Positions 55,000-64,000 of a stretch of 64,000 nt of DNA are shown here, one piece after another. Under the pieces are notes generated by a model that saw only the letters and a list, made by a program, of their open reading frames with translations, had not been told where the DNA came from and did not search any database. The DNA comes from the human T2T-CHM13v2.0 reference genome, Homo sapiens: NCBI RefSeq assembly GCF_009914755.1, contig NC_060936.1. The stretch is one strand, 5' to 3'. Positions within the stretch are counted from its first letter, which is position 1. Each line of letters starts with the position of its first letter. Made by a program: the position numbers and the translations under genes.

Positions 55000-55245
55000 A
55001 AGATAGCCCTGAGAAAGTACTTTAGTGATCACCGCTGAAATTGATGGAGTGCTGCAGTAGACCCCGATGTCCCCAAACCCCTCAGTCATCCAGAGTAGCT
55101 CCATTTTATATTATATGTATATGTATGTGAGCAGATGCGCCTGTGTGTATGTGTGTGTTCACACATATATAGATTTAAGAATTTCATATATTTTATCGGA
55201 AGAGGTGCTTTATGCTAAAATAAAACAAACACTTAATAATCTGCT
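55000..55245. mobile_element. Old hAT-Charlie MITE (MER103-like)
   Basis: ccagagtagctccattttat...tatgctaaaataaaac...ctgctctaga, with a Charlie-type ctctag flank. Confidence 0.35.
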
Positions 55246-55349
55246 CTAGAATTTTGGAAATCAATTAAAAAATACTAGATGAGTGCTGCCAAGGATTATG
55301 GGGTAATTTTAAAACAGGATATTAATAACTCCCAATATGTTAGAAAAAA

Positions 55350-55500
55350 TAGGCTGTGGATTCATAGATCTCTCATTTTTAACTTTGGTTCTATTGACTA
55401 GCTATGCATGTGAGTTACTTAACCTCTCTTAACCTCAGTTTTCTCCGGTCTGAAATGTACCAAGTGGTATTTGCTGCATAGTGTGATTGTTAGGATTCAC
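55350..55500 (+). mobile_element. MIR
   Basis: gagttacttaacctctcttaacctcagttttctc...gattgttaggattca. Confidence 0.7.
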
Positions 55501-57834
55501 CAGGAGTAGACAAGGGTACTGGTTTCTTTTGTCTCAAATTTCCCTTTCAGTGAATGTGGTCTTTACAAACCAAACACTCAACCACACAGAAGATGAAATT
55601 GGATGTTCTATAATTAAGCTTTGTCTTCAGCTCCCATCTCTACTGATGGCAGAAAATTTACTCATTTCCAGATGAACCCAACAGTTTAGTTTTCTTAGAC
55701 ATTTTACGATTAAACCCAGGTAAACTCGTGATTTACGTCTTCACACATTTTCCTCAGTGTAACTTCAAAGATCCCACAGATGTCTCTTGGCTTCTGGGTC
55801 AGGCGTTTAGTCCATGGTCAGTTTGTTCATCATTGGCATCCATTGGGATTTGTTCTCTTGTCTGTCCCCGGAGTGCTTGCCGTCCGCCATGCGCGCACTG
55901 GCTGATGTGTAAACATGTTCTGTGGGGTAATCCAGGCTGAATCTTCCATGGGGTGGTGGCATCTTCTTACCCTGACCAAGCCTTTCCTATCTCTTCACAA
56001 AATCTTTCTACCAGCTGAAATATATTTGCCTTCTCACGGACGTGTGAAAATGTGACTGTCTCTTGGCAACAGGCTGAGATTTGCATCTGTTTGGGAGACC
56101 ACCCTGAGCTCCTTTGGACTTCATGTAGACTCATTGCTAATCTACCTCTCAGGTACCCTATTAGATACTTTTTCCCCAAACATATTGTCCTTCCAGACTA
56201 CATTTTGGGAAGGTAAAACTCTGCTCTTGAATTTACAAATCTAGCTGAAATTTCTCTGCTTTTCCCCTCTGGGAAACAATAGGAAAAAGAGAGCAGCTTA
56301 CAGAGAATTTGGAGTTTTTTCAGACTTACATCAATGCTCAGAATCTATTGCTCTTGCTTCTCCTCACCTTGCCCTAAATGCACCTTTTTTCTTCAGGCTT
56401 TTGTATGTTTTTCTGGTGTGGGAAAACACACTGGTTGCCCCTGGTCATGGATATTTACAAAACTTTTCTGCTTCAGCCGGATCTACAGTAGGGAAAATGT
56501 CTTTGGATGTTTTGCTACCTTAGCAATCTACTTGTAACCTGGCCTTTGATTGTGCTGGACAAGTTGGTTGAACGAGGGCCTGTCAAGCTGTTCAGGAGAG
56601 GCTGGGGCCCAGTTTTATGCCAACTGATGGCTCTGTAGTCTTCCCTGAGTATTGTGCTTTCCTTTTGTTTTGTTTGTTTTTACATTAAGCTACTTACACA
56701 GGCGTGGCTCACGAAGGAAATGAATTAACTTGGATCTTGGAGGTTTGAAAGCTAATTACAGGGAAGTTTGAGGATACTGCAGCAGCCTTAGCCACTCTGC
56801 CCACCTGGTCCTGTCATGCTAGTATAATTTGGTTCTTCTGTCAACTTTTTAAGCACAGATTGCTAACTAGGTAGATTAATAATCATTCAAAATGGAATAT
56901 CCCTATTGGGCTGCTTTCAATTCAGTCACAGTTTTCTGGTATAATCATCTAACACCAGAATAGCTGAGAAAACTACCTGTAGCAGCTTCCCTCAGAAAGG
57001 GGAACAGAAACTGGTTATTATTTTGAAAGCTTCTGGACTACCCCCAGAAACTGTGATGGTGGAAAAATACAAGCTTTTTTGATCTGTGGAAACTTCTCCT
57101 CATCCTGGCATTCTCTCTCTGTCTCTAATACACACACACACACACATGCACACACACACACAGACACACTCCTTCCCATGTGTTTAAGCAATATAGAGTC
57201 ATCACCCCTCTTGGTGCTATAGCACTGGGAGAAAGTCACCCTTGAGTTTGGCCTTAATTCTAGTTATCTAAACAGTTTGCTCTGCAGGACTTTCTGTCTC
57301 TTTCAGGACCGACTCTGGGCCTAACTCAGTAGTATTTATATTTGCCTATAACTATGTAATTCATCCAGGGTTCATACTAAGCAACATAAAATAAGTTTAT
57401 GATCCCTTATTTCTTAGAAGTCTCTTTTCATGAAAAAGGCACCTGCCTCCACCATCCAAATGGATAGTTGTTTTTTTGTTTCTGTTTTTCCATAACTAGT
57501 AGGGATACTGCTCTATAAAGATTTTGAGAACTCACTTTCCTTACTGTTCCAGGCTTTTGGGAAAATATATGGAATATTGACATGAACTTCCTAGATTTTT
57601 CTCTGCTAGAGAACTAGTGCATTCAAACTCATATGTTTTGATGTCTTTGGTTTAAAAAAGGTTTGTTTGTTAGATCTTTTTAAAAAGAAAAAAACAAAAC
57701 AAAACAGACCACAGGTTTATTTATGTTAAAACTCCAAGGGCAAGGCAAAGGGAGAAAGAAAAGTCACTGGGAATAAGCCTAGTCCTGAAAAAATAATGAA
57801 GATACACATTCTAGTCCTCAGAGAAGTAAGCTTG

Positions 57835-58193
<359 letters not shown>

Positions 58194-58305
58194 TCAGAGA
58201 AACTGGTTATAAAGACTGAGGTAAAGCCAGAGTGTTGAGGGCTCATCCCTTGGAGAGCTTTACTCTCTTCTTCAGAAGACGCATGAGAAAGCAAGAGGAG
58301 CATGG

Positions 58306-58783
58306 GCTTCAGTGTTAAACTGTAACATTTTATATTTTGCATGACACAAGTGAAAACTGGAACCATCATAATTTCCTGCCCCAGTGGTAAACAACCCCGG
58401 AAAAAAGAAAATTTAACCCAGTTGTGTGCTCTAGAAAATACTTGCTACTGGAAGATAAGTCTGTGACCCAGTGAAAATTGTATAATAATTTGCTCATCAA
58501 GACTCAATTTAGGTGAGAACCTCTCTTTGCTGTGCCCACAAATCCAAATCTATCATGTCATAAATTCCACCCATTCCCAACCAGTTCTCCACCTATCCAT
58601 ACTTGCCTTAAAGTTATCCAATGTAGATCTTAAAAAACCTATAACCATCCCTGTCCCTTAATTCCCCAAATGAAGATGCAACTGAAATTTCATAAAGTTA
58701 GCCCTTTGTGCAGTAGATCTAGGAAACTTAGCTATGCTTTATCAACAGGTACATCTGGTGGTTTTTAGGCCATCGCTGTTTAA
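58306..58783 (+). mobile_element. MER110-like ERV1 LTR
   Basis: tgtgcccacaaatccaaatctatcatgtcataaattc..cccaaccagttc...aaacttagctatgctttatcaacaggt...tctggtggt. Confidence 0.7.
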
Positions 58784-59061
58784 CCCAAACTGGATTTCAA
58801 TTGCTCCTTTACATAGATAATTCATTTAGCTGATTTTTGCAGATAAAATGTTCATAAACCCGTTTTTCCCCAATAATACATTTATATATTGATTTCATGG
58901 TAACACAAATAAAACTCACATGAAGCAGCAATGCATTAATAATGTTCAAATATTCTGAATTTCTTATAAGTCCTATTATAAGGTGTTTATTATAATCTAC
59001 TTCTAAGCTTTACATATGAAACAATCTAGATGCTTGCAAGGTATCCTTAATGGGGTGTTCT

Positions 59062-59245
59062 CTAGTCTACACCTACTTCCTCTATAACCTTGGATAATTT
59101 GCTTACCTTCTCAGAGCTTCAATTTTCTCATTAGTGAAATGGGAGTAATTACTACATCAGAAAGGTATTGAGAGGATTAAAGGAGCTCATGTAGGTAAAG
59201 ATCTTAGAATAATCCCTAGCATATGGTACCAATATAATCAGTGTT
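59062..59245 (+). mobile_element. MIR
   Basis: accttggataatttgcttaccttctcagagcttcaattttctcatt...gagaggattaaaggagctcatgtaggtaaag. Confidence 0.75.
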
Positions 59246-59839
59246 GGTTTCCTTCTTTCTTTGGTATATTTCCTTCTTTAAAATAGGAGATGGGTCATGT
59301 GTGAAGAATAAGCAGATCTGGTTCTCATTTTTCTATGTTGCTGGGCAGAGAATAGAGGGAATCCCTGCCCCTGCCCAGCAAACATCCAGTGTCCTTAAGT
59401 TTATTTTCACTGTGGGAGAGGAAGGTAGAAATTCAGTAGTGAATGATGGGATAGCAATAAAATATTCCATTGCCCCTTAACTACTGGGAAATGGCGCCTC
59501 TTCGTATTTTAGTTAGGAGACACAAAATTAAATTCCTTTTTTTGTAGTTGATATTTTCTATTACATGTAGTATTCTTTATAAACACTAAGAATTTGGACT
59601 ACAAATGGCTATAAATATCTTTAAATATTCAAATTATGAATTTAACCTATTTCTTAATGTAAATTTTAATTATTCTTATGTCTGGCTTAACATGGGCTAA
59701 TAACCATTGGGAAAATGAGATGCTGCAATATTTTTGCATTCGAGTTTTAGAATGTTTTCTTTACTAGAATTTCCCTTTCTTTCCCTCTGTTATTTTTTAA
59801 TCCATCTGCCTCTTTCCCCCAAACACATATCTGTCCCTG

Positions 59840-59840
<1 letters not shown>

Positions 59841-59880
<40 letters not shown>
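59841..59880. repeat. (AC)20 microsatellite
   Basis: Read directly from the sequence. Confidence 0.95.
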
Positions 59881-59882
<2 letters not shown>

Positions 59883-61582
59883 GTCTTTCTTTTATTCCAT
59901 TCTTTCATGTCACTGATTTTACAGAATCTATGCTTAGGCAGTCTGGAAAGCCACAATCTAAAGACAGATTCCATCAAGCTCCTATCTGTTAGAACCTGCA
60001 GTGCTTGCATTTGGATTCGATATCTAACAATAATGTGGTATTTTATAAACATTAGTGAGGATGATTTTGCACTGGTCAGCAAAGGTAAAAAAATAGGTGC
60101 TTTGGGAAAACAAATAAAAAAGGAATTGGATCTGTCTCAATAAATTGCACAAATTGTAAATATCCCAAAGATGCAGCCACTAACTCTGGCATAGGAAAAT
60201 AAAGCTGACAATTACACTTTGGAATGAATAGGTGAGTAATACGATGGCTAAAAATTTTCTTTACAATCATTTTTTATTAAGTGCAGCACTGCATTTATTT
60301 ATTAAACAAAGTTTCTGTTTCATCTGCCTGTTCAATTCCTCAGATACTATTTTAATAAGGTCAATTAAGATTTACATTCAAGTCATGATTTTTTCCCCAT
60401 TCTGGTTTGAGTCTATAGATATACTTGTTCCATCAATTTAAACATAATTATAGAATAATCTTTCACAAATATTACAGTTAATAGCATTGGGGCATTTATA
60501 AACTCTAGTCCTTAATTTATGCACATTAAAATTTCATTTGAAATGAAAGAATGTTGAATAGTCAAGTATATTTTTAAATCATCCTATAGTGTTTCTAACA
60601 CAGTTTGCACCGAAGCCCTAGAATTGGCCATGGTTGGTTGGGATTGCATGACCTGGACAAAGAAGTCGCTTGAAATGAATTATTACTGCCTTTAGCAAAG
60701 TAAAACTTAGTTTGATTATGCACTACACATTCCTCTTTGGTTTTAGAGATCAGAACCTGACATTTTACTCAGGCTAGGATCTGAACAGAGTTTTGTCTAA
60801 TGGGAAAACTGACAGTCCTTTTAAGTTTTACAGGTACATGTTGTAATGCAGAAACTCTATGTACAGAAATATACCATTACAAAATTGATAATTCAGGGCA
60901 TTGTTCTGACATGAATTAAATGAATTATCACATCAGAGAATTTCTGTTTTCCTCATTGAATAGAGAGACCTAAAAATCTTCTGCTTACATCAGCATATAG
61001 GGCAAATATAATTGTCTATTAGTTTATTTACAGTTGTATAAGTTCCAACAAATGGGGATGGAGCAAAATAAATTTATTGCTGTATTTTGAGAGACTATCT
61101 CTTATTTTTGAATATTTTCCAATGTGTATTCTCCATCAAACTCTTTTATTTCTTTGTGTCAGAGCTTTCCACAAATTATAGTGAAATGCAGTCTCATAAA
61201 CCAAAAAGAAGAAAGGTTATTCTGTTGTAGGATGTTAGGACGGAGAGAATGTAGAACTTACAATTTGGAACAGTGTGGTTTGTTTGATTAAAATGTCTTT
61301 CGTTTGCTTTATGCCTTTAAAATAATGTTTAAAATATTCGAAAAAACTTAGAAAACTTTGCACAATATTGACTTTTAACATTAATTCGGTTACATTTTCA
61401 GTATACTATTTTTAACATTGTGGCATTTATAGAAGTAATTTGACTACATGTGTGGCACTAGATGTTTTCAAGGCTCACATATCTAGTTTCATGATTAAAA
61501 TTGAAGGATAATTAAATTCAATAAACATTGTGTTAATATCTTTTTAGAAATGCATTTATTTTGGCAAAATAAAATTCAACTG

Positions 61583-61630
<48 letters not shown>
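61583..61630. repeat. (TCTA)12 tetranucleotide STR
   Basis: Twelve perfect units, followed by tca ccta tctg tctg. Confidence 0.97.
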
Positions 61631-61632
<2 letters not shown>

Positions 61633-61893
61633 ACCTATCTGTCTGCCTTTCTCTAAAAACATCCTAGAGTAGCTCTGCAACTTGGTAAAAATATTTTAAC
61701 TTCATATGCTACGAATTTGATTTTCCTTGTATTAACTACACATGTAATTAGATTTTTTTCTTTCCAAATCATCTTTCCAAATTCTATTATCATTTTCTTT
61801 GGGACACTGATTTTGTACTGTTAAGTGAAAGAACCAAATTACAACTCTTAACTTTATGTACTTTATGTGCTTAATTGTAATATCATTTATTGA

Positions 61894-62017
61894 TAAGTGA
61901 GCATATATCCTATGTAGTCCAGGACAGCCTTGGTTTATATTTTTTGTTCAGCCTTAATTATCAATTATTTACCTACTCCCCTATAAAAACATCCTAGTTT
62001 CAATGACAGGATCACCT
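61894..62017. mobile_element. MER94-like hAT-Blackjack MITE
   Basis: gtgagcatatatcc...ggacagccttggtttat...catcctagttt...gatcacct. Confidence 0.6.
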
Positions 62018-63059
62018 ATGTGGGGCCTGTCAGGAACTCATCAAAGGGGGTAAGATTTATATATTATGACAGAAATCCTCCTTCTTTCTCCTTTTGCAAT
62101 TTTTCTCAAGTTTCTTCTTCATAACTACCCTTCCTGCCTACTTCCAGCTGTGAATAAACATAGACATAGATAAACATTGTTGATGCATGACCTTTGCCCA
62201 GATGTGATGGTAGGTAGATGACATTGCATTGAGCAAATGAAGAAACTGCAGCCTGGATCAGCACTCACTTAAGAGGAAAGATCATTTCTCCTTTCTTGCT
62301 ATTTAGCCAAGCATTTACTGTGGGGATTTTCAAAGACCTAGTATTAGGGTTTCTGTCAGAAAGTTGATGGTCATACACACATATCTGGAAAGCAAATAGT
62401 TTGAAGTCAAAGGGCATAACTCATTGCATTTATTCCATACATGTTGTTAATTTAAGGTGTGTTTTCCATTTCAAAAGGTCAGGGAATATCAATTTGATAG
62501 CTCATTCTTGTTATACCTAATATTTTCTTTACTCTACATGCAAACACATCCAACAGCCCAAAAGGGGCAAAGGAAAATCATGTAAATTGCCTGATCTTTG
62601 TTCAGTGCAAAAGCTGTTTAGCAGCTCTGCTCATCCAACTTCATAGGGAAATTAAACATCACAGAAAACTTTGCCCTGCTGAATGGTCTTTCTGGCCTTA
62701 CTATTGGATAACAGGAGAGATAAAAATGAGCTACGAGGGCTGAGAGTGGAGATCGTATATGCTCTGGCAATACAAACCCCTTATCTTGGGGTTACCTCCA
62801 GAGATGTTCTGGTGCTGGCTCAGCCTGGCTTGGGAGAGCACATAGTGAACATCTTTTTCCAACATTTTTTCTTGAGGAGTCAGTTAACCATTTGCCAGCA
62901 CAACAGTAGTTACCTCTCTGAATAATCTAAATGTACTAATTATTTTAATTCATCACATGGTATGTGTGACTGATAATTTGTATTTAATAGTGGGAGAAGA
63001 TACCTATATATTGTCCAACTTTGGTTGTGTATATTTTCCTTTGCACAAATTGGATCAGT

Positions 63060-63380
63060 CCATTTCTATTTTTTATCGTCTTACTTTCCTGACTTATTGA
63101 TAAATCTTGGGAGATCTTCCCAAGTTAACACATTCAAATCTACTTCATTTTGTGTTAACAGCTACATTACAACCCACTGTACCAAAGTTTATTTACTCAG
63201 ATCCCTTTAGATGAAAAAAGTTTCCAGTTTTTAGCTATAATAAAGAATGCTGCACTGACCATTTTTTTTACATTGCACCTTTGTATAAACCACTTTTATA
63301 TACAGATACAGGAAAATTGCTGAGTCAACCTGTAGGTGCATTTTAAGTTTGGATAGATATGCTTAATTTGCACTCATACT
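63060..63380 (-). mobile_element. L1ME-type 3' fragment
   Basis: gtttccagtttttagctataataaagaatgctgca...aaattgctgagtcaa...gcattttaagtttggatagata. Confidence 0.65.
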
Positions 63381-64000
63381 TTAAGGGTACAATTTGGCAT
63401 CATTTGCAGTATCATTTACAATTGCAATTTTCTTTTCTTCCTTTTTCATGGCAGGCTTAATCAGATTTGAAAATGCACTGTTAGGCATGTCCTTTTTCAT
63501 CCTCCTTTCAAGGAGATATTTCTAACAGAAAGATAACAAAGGTTTTAAAAAGTCAGTGTTCCCTTAAATTTCAGCAAATAATTAAGAAGTGCCTGCCTAT
63601 GTTCTAGAGACTCAATAGTTTAATAAGGCAGACCAGTTTCATGACTTCATGTAGCCTATGCTCTAATAGGAGAGCTGAGGCAAATGCTGTCAAGTATACC
63701 TGATAAACACTCACTCCAAGTATTTGTTAGGTAATTCCTTCCATAAGACCCTCGTCTACTTTTCTCAGTTTGTTATTCTAAACCAGTGGCATTCAGATAT
63801 GATCTCACCCTTCACCAACTCGGGAATTCCTTTTTCTTCTTTTATGTATTGCGTCTCATTTCCTATTTTTTTTTTGTTTCTTTCCTCATTTTGTACATAG
63901 AGCATCCTCTAATAGCTTCTTGAGAAAAGTGCGTTGAAAATATGTTTTTTGACATGGCTATATTAAAATGTCATTATTCTTCCTTCATACTTTCTATATT

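Overview
AT-rich, repeat-dense non-coding DNA from a primate, most likely human or another great ape (AluY and an L1PA2-type 3' end are present). I recognise no protein-coding gene, RNA gene or CpG island. The ORFs I can place are translations of Alu, L1, Tigger1, LTR or microsatellite sequence; the rest look like chance ORFs. The window is a layered record of insertions: Alu (J, S, Y, FLAM), L1 (PA, MA, MB, ME), L2, MIR, ERVL and MaLR LTRs and internal remnants, MER21/MER77/MER110 LTRs, MER1B, MER94 and a full-length Tigger1 carrying three nested insertions. Repeat-poor stretches at about 28.3-31.3, 32.7-34.8, 42.3-43.9, 55.5-57.8 and 59.3-63 kb could hold regulatory elements or lncRNA exons. 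I found no convincing new biological system. The most notable observations are a ~170-bp local duplication 2.65 kb apart, several template-switch-like micro-rearrangements, a twin-primed L1, nested elements with readable target-site duplications (TSDs), and motif-dense unique segments. Family names come from my recollection of consensus sequences, not from a search. Boundaries of old repeats are approximate.
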